From Iphione sp. A-MEVVRFRX5 (taxonomy: Eukaryota): a DNA stretch of 64,000 nucleotides. The notes beneath the pieces were generated by a model. That model did not search any database and had not been told where the DNA came from. It saw only the letters and a list, made by a program, of their open reading frames with translations. The stretch lies in the NCBI GenBank assembly GCA_976226885.1, contig OZ320316.1:62248001-62312000 (forward strand). The letters run 5' to 3'. The translations under genes and the position numbers were made by a program. This document shows positions 1 through 13,302 of the stretch, piece by piece (the stretch's first letter is position 1; every line of letters starts with the position of its first letter).

Positions 1-3000
1 TGCGGTGGCAGGACAAACCGCTGCGGTGGGTCTACACTCAGGTCAGATTTATTTATATATACTTATTTATGTATATTTAGAGATCGAGATATGATCAGAC
101 AACCGGAAAGAAAAAAAACGAATTCTGGACTGAAACAGAGATGTTCGGGTGTATATTTTCCAAAATCTGACGGCTGGAAATAATTAACAAAAGTAAGGTC
201 GTTAACCTTGCTCTGTCAGTTGTCAGCTGGGTTAACTGATGCATCAATAGGACACAGACATATAGCAAGTGTGTCAGAAAACATTAATCTGCCTGAGTTT
301 ATCAATTAAACACATCCTTTAGATGTGTGTGAATATGATTGAGAAAATAAATAGAGGACATAGGGCAGAAAGACCGCAGGCAGACAGGCATAGCTAGATG
401 GAGAGGAAGGCAATTGCTGTTGTCCCGAGGCGGGAAGCAGAAAGGGAGGCACGCAGATAAGCAGACACATGGATAATGCTACAAAGGTCCCACGTCAGCA
501 TCAGCAATGATAAAGCCACTTCCAATCGCGTTATAGTCCCAAAGGACAGCGTCGTTAAGTCGCCAGGAAGTTTCTAGACCAGAATTCAGAAAAGACTTAA
601 ATATGGCAAGAGGAGCACGTTATTCCGTGAGGTACATCACCTTTCATTATCGCGCTTCCATTGCCACGAATCTCAATCACTTTCCAAAATCCCAACGAAG
701 CAGAACTACTTGACATTGCCGCCGCGACGATATGGATTTCAACAATTTGAAAAATAAGCCTCCTTATCAACGTCTGAGATGGCATCGAATAGACGTCTAG
801 GGATCCCTTCACTCGATACTGTGGTTGAGTAGATAACGGTATCTTTCAAGTTAGTTCCGATCTTCAAAAGGTATTACGTTTCCCCCTTTGCGTCATGTTT
901 TATTTGCATGACGGTGCCGTCACAGGAATTGGGGACCTGCCGCAGCTGACATCAATTCTTTTCCTTTAGTCATATATGCAACTGACGAGGACAGAAAACA
1001 TCAAAATGATTAAACCATTTTTTTTCACAAAGCCCGCGAGCATTAAGTGTAACAGGTAATGAAATTCTGTAAGTCCGTTTTTGAATTTGTAGGGTTAAAC
1101 TTCAAACATCCTTTTTTAAAGATCCGACATGCAACAAATATACAGAGAAATATCTTGGAAACGAAATCGATTTTTGAAACCAAGCCTGAGACCTTTTTTT
1201 CTTGGATCGATGATATATCCAGGACTACGACATGTTATTTGGCCTACCTTAAGAAGGGACAGCTTAGATGAACTTAAAATGATCCGCTTGTGTTCTCTGC
1301 TATTTTGCACAATTAACGTTCCTGCAGACTAAACTGCCTTTTATACTATCCGTAACCTGTTGGCTGAGTAAAGAAGAGCTGATGTAAGATCCCATGGCAG
1401 GACAAACAGTCCTATGTAATAATCTGTTCATTGGTTTTAAACATACATTCTTATGGATTCATGTGGGGAAGCCGATTTTAGTACAGCAGGACCATGGATA
1501 TAGAAAACATTGTTCCGATGTAGTTTTTTATTCTTTCAAACTTCGTCGGGGGAGAAATTCTCTCGCCCAGTAACATCGTGCAATATCCGGTTGTGTACCA
1601 CAGTATGATGCCAGACCTCTTGGCGTACTTGGGGCAGGCCTGCAGGGCTGGAGAATACCGGAGAGTTGGCATGGTGGATGATTCCACGCCTCGCAGTCAA
1701 ACCATTCCAATGACGTGCTCACGATGGCCTTAGATGGTTGGCCTAGCCAGCTACAGGCCACATGGGCTCTAGCCTTCAGGCGGAGGGAAGATGTTGACAG
1801 GTCCCAGGATTGACGCGCCAAGTGCTCATTGTGACCCGATCGACAGGCTGGCAGTGGGCGGGGGGTTTGGGACATTAGGGACAGAGCACTGAGGCAAGGA
1901 GTTATTTACCCAGGCAACGGGCCTACCCAAGAGCTACTTCTGCTGCAAAGATGGCAAATTCTCGAAAGTCTACAAAATCGACGTCTCAGCCCCTTTTGAA
2001 TGGAAGGCTGCTCTTTGGGATCAACTTGACATTGGGCACTGTGGCCTAACCAATACTTGTGACGCTATTTCGCAAGTCTTTCTGTTTCCTTGGAAGATTC
2101 GCCGACTTAGAATCTGCCAAAAGTCAGCCAGCAGAATATTTACATCTATAACAAGTAATGTAGTAAAATACTGCATTATTTCAACACCAATAGATAGTCA
2201 AAGCTTCTCAGAGTTTCTAGTATTATAATATTTGTGTTTGAACGAAGGCACACATAATGGCGTATGACCATCCATATTCACTTATTTTGGAGTAATTGGT
2301 CTGTGCAGTGAAGAGCACATCTTTAAGAATGCACCTTAAGTACATACAGGATGAAACGCTTGGCAAAAGGAACATTTATGGTTAATAACATTTTACCGCG
2401 TTGTGTTTATTGCGTTGTGCGTTTTTTTGGCACCGATAAGATATGAAGAAAAACAAAAAAAGTTCACGTCAAAGATTTTTCATGCCATCCAGTAAAAAAG
2501 TGATTTGAGGACTATTGGTCTAAGTATAAAGTTTCAGTCAGAAAATGTGATAAATGTGATAAAAACTCCCACGAAAATTTGATAAATATTTGATAAAAGA
2601 TTAGCTTTTTCCAGTCAGTGGAATCACACAGTTTGTATTGTCAGTAAAGATATATCATAATCACAGATGGTGTTTGCAGTTGGTTCATAGCATTCAAATG
2701 ATGTTATGACAGTTTAGTTATAGATGCCCTGCCCAGAACCCCTATGACTGGATTGAGGAGAGAGATGGGTTAGGATCGCACTCTGGTATGCAAACATAGT
2801 TACTACATCTCAAGGCGGAATTCAGATTTGACTCGAACTGCCACACTGTGACCACTCTGAGCTCACGTATGTCATCTAGAGCAAGAGCAGGGCAGCATTG
2901 CACAATACATGTTTTGGTTGCACCCAAGACCAACACATGTTGCCAGTAACGAAATCTCGTTTCCAAGAAGACATACATTTTTAGGAAGATGCGTGTGTTA

Positions 3001-3289
3001 CAGAGGCAGTTCATGGGTTTCAAACAGGACATTCCAGGTAGATGCGATGGTCCTGTACACGAATAATGGCTAAATTCCAGCAAGAAAGGCAGATGGCCAA
3101 GATATATATCCGCCCCGTAGAAGCTCACTTCATGTCACGTTAGACACATGCCTCACTAAAAGTTTAGCTGCCCCAGGCATCAAATGATTGATTAGTGATA
3201 CCAGCTGCAACATGCAAGCCACAAGATTGAAGATTCAAGCGAATGTTATACTTGAGACCTCACAAACCTGCAGGCATGCTTCGTAGATA

Positions 3290-3995
3290 CAGGCAGCTTG
3301 TTCCATTAAGAGAGACAATATTGCCAGAAAGATCTACTATAGACGGTTGTCCTCTGTTGTTGCAATTTGATGCTGTTTGTCCTTCTGACCCGAGTAGAGG
3401 TACGTCTAGTTCATTTCATGACACCTAGCTTGGTCTGTATCCCTTTTAGTGTGTGCCACCTCATACAAACATCAGCATGTTCAATCCCACAGCATATGCT
3501 CTTCTGGCTGCAGAGAGGTAACAAGTGCAAAGCCTGGGACACCTGTTTAGATCTACCTGCAGCTCCACCCATCTGGCAGCAGATACATCATTTAACAGTA
3601 TGGCGGTGTACAGCATGCATGGCATATTAATTTAGGTAATATTCAGTGCGGTAGCTTCCACCTGAATGTAATTTGTGCGCCTGAAACAAAGTCCTTCTTT
3701 TGACTCCTTTTGGGTTCCACGGCCGATTAGTAGGTCCTCCAATTTAAATCCAAGTATAGCTCACTTCCAGGCATGTGCGACTGGTTTGCCTGTGAGAACA
3801 ACTTGACCGCTAAAACCTGTTGCCTTGCCAACAATCATGCAGAGACATTTGTCGATACTCAGTTGGAGATCCTCTGAGGTGCACCATCTCTGGACGTTAC
3901 TGCATGACAGCACCACATAGAGGTAGCAGATCTCCCTCGGCTCGCATCTTCCGCATACATGATTATGTCTTTCAGTAAAGTTTCTGTAGTTGCAT
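3290..3995 (-). mobile_element. Degenerate non-LTR retrotransposon (CR1/L2-type) RT C-terminal fragment
   Basis: Minus-strand translation across stops and frameshifts gives IMYAED (YADD-like), ILGFKLED (YLGVxLD-like) and ...RTTVYSRSFWQYCLS*WNKLP, the usual CR1/L2 ORF2 C-terminal signature. Confidence 0.7.
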
Positions 3996-4099
3996 CGTCA
4001 AGGTTATATGATTAGTATTGAAATATTGCTATGCCAATAATCAGTCAGAGCAAGTTAATATGCCATGTACTAACCCATGTTTTGTAATGAGAAAAATCA

Positions 4100-4185
4100 T
4101 TTACATAATCAACCATTTCTTAACCAATGTAAACAACAATATAAGCACAGGGACATGTCTAGTCGATTTAACGAAGTCATACATT
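4100..4185 (+). mobile_element. Short LINE RT remnant (NHFLTNVNNNISTGTCLVDLTKS)
   Basis: Resembles the CR1/L2 RT segment ...D/N-x-G-x-x-T-G-x-C-F/L-L-D-L-S-K-A-F-D. Confidence 0.5.
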
Positions 4186-4994
4186 ATACATAGAGAAAGA
4201 CTGATAACTTCTCCACAACACAAACATAGGTGATAATGTTATAGGAACAGCTCGGCGAGGATATCAATGGCTGGAGATTACTGACTGACATTACTGATAG
4301 GTCGAGGTACAAGTCTGTTCGTAACTGTTGTACATAGACATCTGGATTAATAATCTGGCAAAGACACTTGAAGCATTGCAATGACATTTCAGTCTCTCCC
4401 TTTGAAATAGGGTCGTGCAATATGAAGTGATGGATGAAAGACGGCCACTCTTTTCTAGATTCCTCTGTGTGTTGCAAGAAAACGCAATAGGGATGATATG
4501 TTTTCCCAGTAGTTTGGCATACATATATGTAAGTCATAATTACAAGGAAATTGATGTCCTTGGGTTGACACTCCGTATTTCACAGGATCAATACCTGGCC
4601 TCATTGTTTACTTTATTGATTTTTTCTTATATATTTTACCAACATTGACCAATCCTTCACATATGCCAGTCACGATAATAAATATTATCGAAGCCAACGG
4701 ACATTTGGTAAGACGTAGCTTTCGTGCCGTAAAGTTAACAGATGGGGAAAGGACCTGTACAGGTCGTTGGACGTAGAGCGATAATAGTACATATAGGATA
4801 CGGGAAATGTTCATAACGTAACAACAGATGTATAGTCGACTGATACTGGGAGACATCTATGGCACAGTGACGAACATTAAAGACTCTGCGAGGACCATTC
4901 AGCACTGTAAACCGTAGGATGTACGAATTGCCCGTGTTGCACTTGGTAACGCTCTCGGCAAACGAAACCGGAACCAGCCTAATGCACGTGGCTA

Positions 4995-5017
4995 ATATAT
5001 ATATATATATATATATA
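4995..5017. repeat. (AT)n microsatellite
   Basis: Direct read of about 11 AT units. Confidence 0.9.
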
Positions 5018-5313
5018 ACATAGTACAGGTCTCCTGCAAGACGATTATATCTTTCGTGCAATAAAAACCACGGATCGGATAGGTATTTGTATTTGCTTAA
5101 CCCGATGGCAGTTTATAAAGGATGTGGCGTCTGGTGTTTGTGCTGAGAGACGGTCTGCCGCCATAATGTTGTCTCAGAGACGGAGCCGCTCCATCGGATC
5201 GCGCACCTCGCGTGCGGCCGGGCAGGACGGCGGCATGCCGTCTTAACGCCCTCATTCCTTGCTGCTCAGCAAGAAACGTGAGCTCACATTCTTTTTAGAG
5301 AAAGTCGTCTCCT

Positions 5314-5363
5314 ATGTTTCGCATTGCCTGTTTTTTAGGCCTTCTTGTGTTTCTGTGTTATGT
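5314..5363 (+). CDS. Gene A candidate exon 1 (signal peptide MFRIACFLGLLVFLCYV)
   Basis: ATG at 5314, hydrophobic signal-like peptide and phase-2 donor GT|GTGAGG matching the phase-2 acceptor at 8223. It follows a CpG-rich segment (about 5100-5280). Additional small exons between here and 8223 cannot be excluded. Confidence 0.5.
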
Positions 5364-8222
5364 GTGAGGCATCTGATCCAAAGACAAGATTCTCATATTC
5401 TCCAGTACGCAGTACTGCGCTTCAGCCCAAAGTCATACTTCATATCCCAAGAGGCAGTCAGGAAAAAAGTATTAATTTGCTCCGCAACGAGATTGGGGCA
5501 GCATAGTCGAACGTAGGGATGAAACGGGAGGGTAGAAGGACGTTGAGTGCCACAGTCTTGGGAGGCGTTACCCCCGTCCTGCCGTCACGCCCGTTACCCG
5601 GTCGACCGGACTCGGGGCCCAGACCATCGTGGCCGCCGCCCAATTCACGGCTGCTAGAGACGCTCACCAGATGGAGACCCATCTTAAGGGAGCTGATCGG
5701 CGAGGATCAGGTTATTGATGACCGTCCTGCAATGACGACGGCCATGAAAGGGCCTCTGGGGGAAGTCGACTGAATGGAAGTTTTATCTGAAGTCTCCGCG
5801 GGCGACCATGAGCCTGTCCATCATGGGTCCTGTCATAGCGCGTTCGCCCAACAGGGCTATGTTGCAAAAGTTCCATACCCGAGCAGTTTTTCCTCATGTG
5901 GGTGAAACGGAGAAAACCATTAATTGATTGCCGATATTCACGTATGTGAACATACATGTACTTAAAAATATTTACTTATTCCATCCTACGTGGCAGCAGA
6001 TGAATGTTTGTGAGGAGGCAGTACATATAAGCATGTATATATATTCATATGCATATGCATATAGACATGCTGTCGCAGTTTCCTATTTGGGATAATAAAA
6101 TGACACAATATGCCCATATATTCATAGAATAGTCTCATTTATCATGTATTCAATCTTATTCTTATAACCTCTACGATAATAAAATCTTTACCACCACTGT
6201 ATATGTTGAGCAGCACACGTGCGCCGTACGTGTCCGTGAATGACAGCGTTAAGTATTTACTCATGCAACCTGAACCCAAGTGGGAAACAGATGGCGATTT
6301 ACTACCTGTGTAAAGCTGGGAGGTACGGCTAAAAGCATCAGTCGGAATTCAAATATGAATAGTCTGCCTAATGTGCAAGCATACCTCGCATGTTGAATAA
6401 ACATGTAGCTCCAGAGGAAATCAGACACCCCGAAAACATGTGCCATGTTCATAATGTCAATGACGCATCACGGTCGCTGTTCGACTGATTAATTTTTCAT
6501 TCACTGTACCCGGTGATATACTGTTTGATGTGAAAACAACCCGCTCGTAGACGGTTGTGGTTACCCAGTCCTGCCCGGGAAAGATTGTGTTGTCAGGAGA
6601 ACATGTTGAAAAACAATTACTTAACCGTCTAGACAAAACGATTTAGTCATCAAAGGGCTGGTGGGTTATAATAGGTCCGGCATGGAGCAGACTGCCGGTA
6701 GACAACAATTTTGAGGGCGATCAAGCCTTTCGGCCGTCGGCTGGGGCGAGCAACCTGCAGTTTGGATATTGCAGCTCGCCCACCAGCCTGTATCACTCGT
6801 CCCCATCTGTCGGGCTACGCATCAGCGGGCACGATAAGGCGGCAACAAGACGTTCGACACAAAGCTTCGCGGGCTTTGATCGGGCCTACCGGCCGACACC
6901 GAGGATCACTGCCCTGACTGCAGCCGGGCCCAGCGCCGTCTCAGCCATTCGGCCAGATAGGCCACACGGGGGCCGCCATGTACCGACAGGGTCTGGAAGA
7001 TATTGCAGCCACTTTCCTTATGTTTAGGCAACACGAGAAGTAGGATTTGTATGATAATCACATCAATGAAAAGACGGTTAGCCCTCCTTATCGAATTTAC
7101 ACCACGCGGAATGCTGAACTAGTCGCACACATATTTTGGAGATATTTAACGGGATAGGAAATCGTGGCTCGAAGCAATCCAACAGGAAAATTAGTTGTTC
7201 GTCGTGTGAGCTATCTTAGCAAGAGTGTTTTCTTCATCGATCACAGAAATGGACAGACATGAGTCAGAATTGATAAGCCAAGCAATCAAGATTCTTCTCC
7301 CTGGACGGCGACGATAAAGGACCAAATACCAGACCAGCTTATTACCCCTGGCGGGTCTCGGCTCCATATAATGATGCGACGCAAAAGGTGATAAATACAT
7401 GAGTTGAAAGACGTTGACAAGTCGCATAAGAAATGTGCTCTTGTTAGTTCCATAGGGGTGCTCAAGGGGTCCGTATGTGGGGTGTCACCAAGTATCACCC
7501 CATAGTTGTACTCCTATTGTGCTTCGATTTTAAGGATTAAAGACTCAAAAATGACATGCATATAAATTTGCCGGATGAGATGTCTACCACCGACAGGACC
7601 TACAGAGCCTCCAGCTATCATGTCGCCTAGAGTGATGGGATACCATAAATGTGCTGCACATACAGTAGATTGAAAGCAATATAAAACCAATTCAGACTAC
7701 ATTGTATACCCTATGTTTAGTATCTGAGTCAAAACTCTCTAGAATCCCTACTATTAGTTGTTCATCATTGCCCCTTTTCCGCCTCAATAGTATTAAGTTG
7801 ACTGAATATATTAATATCTATCAACATTCTTCATGTGTGCTTCCCCACCCCGACAATGCCCTGGATTTTGGAGCATTATCCCACCTTCGACATAATATTG
7901 TTACTACTACAGTAACGTCACTAACCAAGCCACACGAAAATGAGAGCTTGTTTCACTAAGAAACCTGAAGAGAAAGACACTAAGTTTGTATAGCTTTTTG
8001 TAACGAATCGGAGTGGGAGATTGTATATCACAAAAAGAGTTGATCACAAAAGGAGATGAGTTAGGATGAAAAGATCATGACAATTTAGCGTGAAGGAAAT
8101 ACACAGAGAATGACACGGAAGGGGATGTGTTATCGTTGAAGGCAGATTAAGAAAGGTAAACTGCGCCAAGCTTTACTGTTGTGCTAAACATATATCAGAC
8201 TTGTTTTCTTGTATTTTTTCAG

Positions 8223-8308
8223 CAATAAGAGCACTATCACTAAGGTGATCGAAGGATTACTGAACCGGAAAGACTATGACAAGCATATGAGGCCTGGTAT
8301 TGATCAAG
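8223..8308 (+). CDS. Gene A exon 2 (N-terminal helix, NKSTITKVIEGLLNRKDYDKHMRPGIDQ)
   Basis: Acceptor ttttttcag, donor AG|gtaggg; YDxxxRP motif of pLGIC extracellular domains. Confidence 0.9.
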
Positions 8309-11300
8309 GTAGGGAACGTAAGTGTCACCACTTTTCATTATTTCCTCAACTTGTACACTCAGCGCTGCTCCATCTCACTCAGCTTGCGTATTTACGTATC
8401 TTATGGCCACGTGATGTCCTTCCTGTAAACTGCCTCTGTGTAGTGGTAGGTATGTTTCTTTGATGTATATACCACACAGAACCTTTTGCTTATCATTTGG
8501 GTAGAACCTCTTGTGTTTTGCCAGCATTTGCTAGATAAAGTCGCACTGTTTTACAAATAAAATGAACAAAAAGTTAGTTACAGACAGTTCCTGCACATTC
8601 ATACAACTAAGTACAGGTAGCTCAATGTGTTAAGTCACTTGCCACTCTTTGTAGAAAAAATGCAGCGATTTTTTGACAGGGAGCCGAATGAAATAGCATA
8701 TGGTTTGAACGCAAGAATTGTCGTCGGTATTTAGATTGGGATCGTGTTTATTGTGTTCTTCATCTACTATGTCTACAGATGAACTAGTAAATCATAGGGA
8801 TTTTATGTACCTAGGGACTGGCTGTGTTAAGTCTCTATCCTACCCGCTCCCCTAGTTGTCCAACTAACAGGCTATTTGCGTGTCCAGAGACGGTTGCAGG
8901 GAACATTGCCACTTGACCGTCAGCCAAAAATGTCAACAGTCAAGAACCTGACCTGGCAAGAAAGTGCCTACCCGACGGCAGTATCCATTGTTACCTCAAT
9001 GTTGTGATATCCGATGCTGTTCACCCTGGAAATGATGGCGGAAGTGGCACTTCCCTGACGTGATAAGGGTCAATTGATAGGTTAGTTATTCGAGACAACC
9101 CTTTCCGCCGAACTTCAAACGATAGCCTCATTATCGCCTAATAACATTGGGGAGGGGCCATTGATTTCGTTGGAAAGACCAACGTCTATTACCTGCACTG
9201 CCCAGGTAATGTAGCTTGAAAGTCACCAGCTGCTGACATTAGGAAGGTCTGAGGTGGACGTCAGACAGACCAGAGCCTTCCCTGCAAACTGCCCCACGGA
9301 GTGGCCCCTCGTCTCCCACCAGTCCACCATCCGGCTAAAGGCAGACCTTTTTCTGAACACAGACCTCATGTCCCTTCTATCAGCCGCTTGCATGATGACA
9401 GCAGACCCTGGAGGACGCCCACTCCCGCCCTTCTGAAGTCAAGCGCGACAAGCCTTAATTCACCTCTGAACACGGCCGCCCAGCGGAAGGTCGTAATATT
9501 GTCGTAACGGGAGGGGAATCATTAATAGCAGAAACTGTGCGTGCTAACGACTGATAATGCGTTGCCTTTCTATGATCGGTCCGTGCAAGAGCCTCTTGTT
9601 TAGCAGGTCCGGACAGTTAGAGAGGCTCCAATCAACGACTGCGGCATGTCAGTCACATATCGATCCCGTCAAGGCGCCGCCCGACTCCGACCCATCTCCG
9701 TGTCATTATGGGGGTGCGTCATGTCAGAGCGAACCTCGTCACCGCTTGCAACCGCCAGTAAAAGCTGCTGTCATAGAATGCCAACTGATGAATTATAGAT
9801 CAGCAAAGCCCACAATCCGATTGTCAGTCATACAGAGATCTAACGGCGACACAAGCGAGGCACGCTCATTGCCACAGTAGCCCTCGCCAACGGCTCCTGA
9901 CCAGAAAAAAATAACTCCCGAAATGTTCGTAAATGAGCCCCACTGGAGCTGCGATTGTTTTGATTTGTTAGATAGGTAGAGGCAGTTTCTCTTTAAATCC
10001 AAAAACAACGAGGTGATGCACATGGCAACGAGGCGTATTTATGTGCAAAGAGTTGCCATAAATCCACTGCCCCAGCGCTATCACCTGCCAGCAGAGTACA
10101 CTATCTCCAATTCTGGTAATCGCAATTAGGTGCTTCAGTAATCATGTAGATGCTATCATATTTTATGATTTAGTCTGTGCGATGCTAATTAACTACTAAA
10201 TGTACAATTTTTCCTATTGTTACGTCATTTAAATTTGCTCCATCGAATAGGTTTTCACTCAGCAACTACCCAGAAACTACTCACAGCGTGTTTAAGCTAG
10301 AGATCCCTTAATATGGTACAGACGAACTTCTGAGTAGGGTATACAGGTGTAAGAGTACACGTTGCATTCAGGGGACTATTCAAAACGTGTGTAGCCGATC
10401 GCTTACCATGTGAGCAGTGATAAAGACATGAGGTCAGCTGTGGCCGTCGGTGGGTAGAGGTCGCCACCGTGTGCCACGGCCTGCTCTATCACGCCCCGCA
10501 CGTCTGCTGACCAGTGAGATACCACTGGCCAGATATCGCCTCTTGCCGCTAAATCGGATCCCGAACCGGCTGGCGGGGTGGGGTGGCGTGCGGGGAGGGG
10601 CGGGCTTTAGTCTGTGGAAGAAGACGGACAGCCAAAATGAAACGACAAAGACCGCGATGCTTTGCCAGCTGGCGGCACTGTTCACAGAAGCCAAGATGCT
10701 GCCTGATAAGATTATCGGCCAGTCCTAGGGTAAAGCAGAATGATCGGCTACTAATCGGATTAGATTAGTCCTACAGGCAACTCTGCCTCCTCTACTACCA
10801 TCCTGATGTGGCCTCCAGTGTATTGTTTCACCATTACGTCTAGAATTTTCTGTTCTTCGTCCTGAAATATGTTGTTCTAGACGTGAACTTACACGTCTGA
10901 GGCCCAGGAAGGCTACAAAGGGGAGGAAGGGAAATGTAATTTCAGTGGAGTATGTATACAGGGGTATGCAGATCATTTCCCCGTGGGCTTGGGGTGGGGG
11001 GTCAAGGAAGTTTCTGGGGGGATTAATTGTGTTCACAAAAAGTTTAGTTGGGCAGTCGACAGTGACGGTTGATTTATGCTCATTACGGGTATCAGGAGTT
11101 CGTGTAGCAGCACACAGAGCTCGAAAGCCGCACGCACGCCTGTCATTGATGTCATCCATAACTAGCTTCTTGGTAAAGAAACATGGAAAACAAGGGCTTA
11201 TAACAGAGGTGTGGACGTATGAAAGAAAGATGATTAGAATAGCACAACGAAACAAATGGTCGAAACCATTCTAGAATTGTGTCACAAGGGAAACTTGTGA

Positions 11301-11309
11301 TGAAAAAGT

Positions 11310-11445
11310 GATGACGAGAGACAAACAGACAGAGAGGGAGACAGACGAGAGAGAAAGAGGTGGAAGAGAAGGAGAGAGAGGACAGAAATAATGAAATAGA
11401 CGTAGCGAAGAAATAAGCCGAGATAAAGAGAAAGACGAAGAGAGA
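11310..11445. repeat. GA-rich low-complexity tract
   Basis: Degenerate GAGA/GACA/GAAA repeats. Confidence 0.6.
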
Positions 11446-11854
11446 GATTACTAATTACGCAAGTGAAGGCACAATACAACATTTAGAGACATCGTAACCT
11501 TAATGCATTTTCCTTCTGCAGTTTGCTGGCAAGTTGACTTTCAAACAATCACGCAGTGATCACCGCATTACACTTACGAAATTAGTTGGTTAGAGTAGGT
11601 CAATATAGCATCTTTACTTTGGGATATATCATAAAGAAATTATCGGTGTATTTAATACAATAATACATAATTAAGGAAAAAAGACGGCTGACGCTGTAGT
11701 TGATGTAGAGTGTCTTTCGTTTTGTGATTGTTCTTCTATTAATAGTGCTTGCTGTGCTTCCACCCTTATGTTCCCATTCCTTATAAAGAGCCCCTCAACT
11801 GGAAGTCCATTTACGTAACTGATGTCATTTTTAATTTATCTCTCTTTCCTTCAG

Positions 11855-11922
11855 AAGAGAACACCATAGTGTACGTCGACATTTACGTCATAAGCCTTAG
11901 TTCGTTCAACGACAAAGACATG
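11855..11922 (+). CDS. Gene A exon 3 (68 nt; EENTIVYVDIYVISLSSFNDKDM)
   Basis: Acceptor tctctttccttcag, donor ATG|gtgagt; the 68-nt size is typical of this exon in GlyR/GABA-A genes. Confidence 0.92.
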
Positions 11923-13078
11923 GTGAGTTTTTATATGTGGATTACTAGCTTGTCACTTAGCAGTCTGGTAATCCCATCCATCCCGGTAAATATATATGCA
12001 TAAAGCCATTAGGAGCTTAAAGGTCTGGCCACAACAGAACATCAACCATCAGTCCCCTGGTAAACACGACGGCCAGTATAGATGGATCATATTTGGCAAG
12101 TTTACATTCTTTGCGATACCAGATGATTAGCCTTAATTTTCATGTACCCATGTTTCATGTCTAGGTATCTTTAGTAACAAGACTCTGTGTTGTGCGAGCA
12201 GAAAAAGAAAAGCAAATACGCCATATGAAATTAAAGCAAACAAATCTGTTCTTTAAAGAAAATAGAGATGCTTATGTTTTGGCAAAGGCAAAGAAGAGGT
12301 GTTGGTTTCCATTGTGTAATTTTGCGGCACCAACCAAGTTTGACGTAGTGCTTTTTGAAATGGATTTTTTTTTAAAAATTAGCGCTAATATCTTTTAGAA
12401 TCACTTAGAACACGGTGACCTATGAATCCGCTGCTAAAGTTGCATTAGGTTATAAATGTAATATATATATAGCATCATTGGAATGGCTTGCAATTTAATC
12501 AGCCAATAATTATATGATCCCTTTTCCTCAAAGCCGGAAGCTTGGTACTCTTGCTGACAACCAATGTGTCCGTAGTAGATTATATCCTCTTGATGCAGTT
12601 TATACTACGCTCTATGAACATCCCTACGAGGCCAACAATATTAGAGCCCAACACATGAAACGAGAGCCACGCAGCCTCTCATGCAATCGTTCCTCGGATG
12701 CGTGTCACGAGAAGCTACGAGACAATGCAAGGCAACGTACTCAGGGAGTCGTCGCCAAAAGTCTCAAAATGTTCACTTTTTGGGGGTAGATTTCCGTGGT
12801 AGAACTTGTAGACCTGTTTCTACCATGTATGTTCGATGCGCACTGCAACCAGAAATATGAGATTTTGGTGGAATTTTGTCGTGGTTCATATTCACATTCC
12901 TTTTGCTCATAAATCTGCATTGTTTTCATTGTTTGTGCCCAGGTGGGGTTTTGTTCTAATGTAAATGTACATGCCATAGAGTCTAGTGATATAAGAACTA
13001 TTGTCATGCACTGATATATTACGTTCATTAGGTGCAATGTTTCATTTATACACTTTGTACGAACCTTTGCTCATCTAG

Positions 13079-13302
13079 GACTTCTCAGTGGACATGTACC
13101 TGCGTCAAACGTGGCGCGATTCCCGTCTGTCCTACGAGCAGTACCACAACAAGAGCATCACACTCAACTATGACCACTTCTCTATGATTTGGGTGCCGGA
13201 TCTGTTCTTCCGAAATGCTAAAAGAGGCATGTTCCACACGCTCACCGTGCCGAACCGACTGCTCCGTATATGGCCCAACGGAACTATCCTATACAGCCAG
13301 AG
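13079..13302 (+). CDS. Gene A exon 4 (224 nt; loops D, A, E)
   Basis: DFSVDMYLRQTWRD...WVPDLFFRNAK...NGTILYSQR; acceptor catctag, donor AG|gtacgt. Confidence 0.95.

Noticed and set aside
1478-1875. Overlapping minus-strand ORFs with a CP-x-Y-x-x-R stretch as a LINE zinc-knuckle remnant
   Set aside because: The motif is incomplete and no adjacent RT sequence was recognised.
10725-11255. 176-aa minus-strand ORF and other 60-150 aa ORFs in introns and intergenic DNA
   Set aside because: No domain motifs, compositionally driven, and consistent with chance ORFs.
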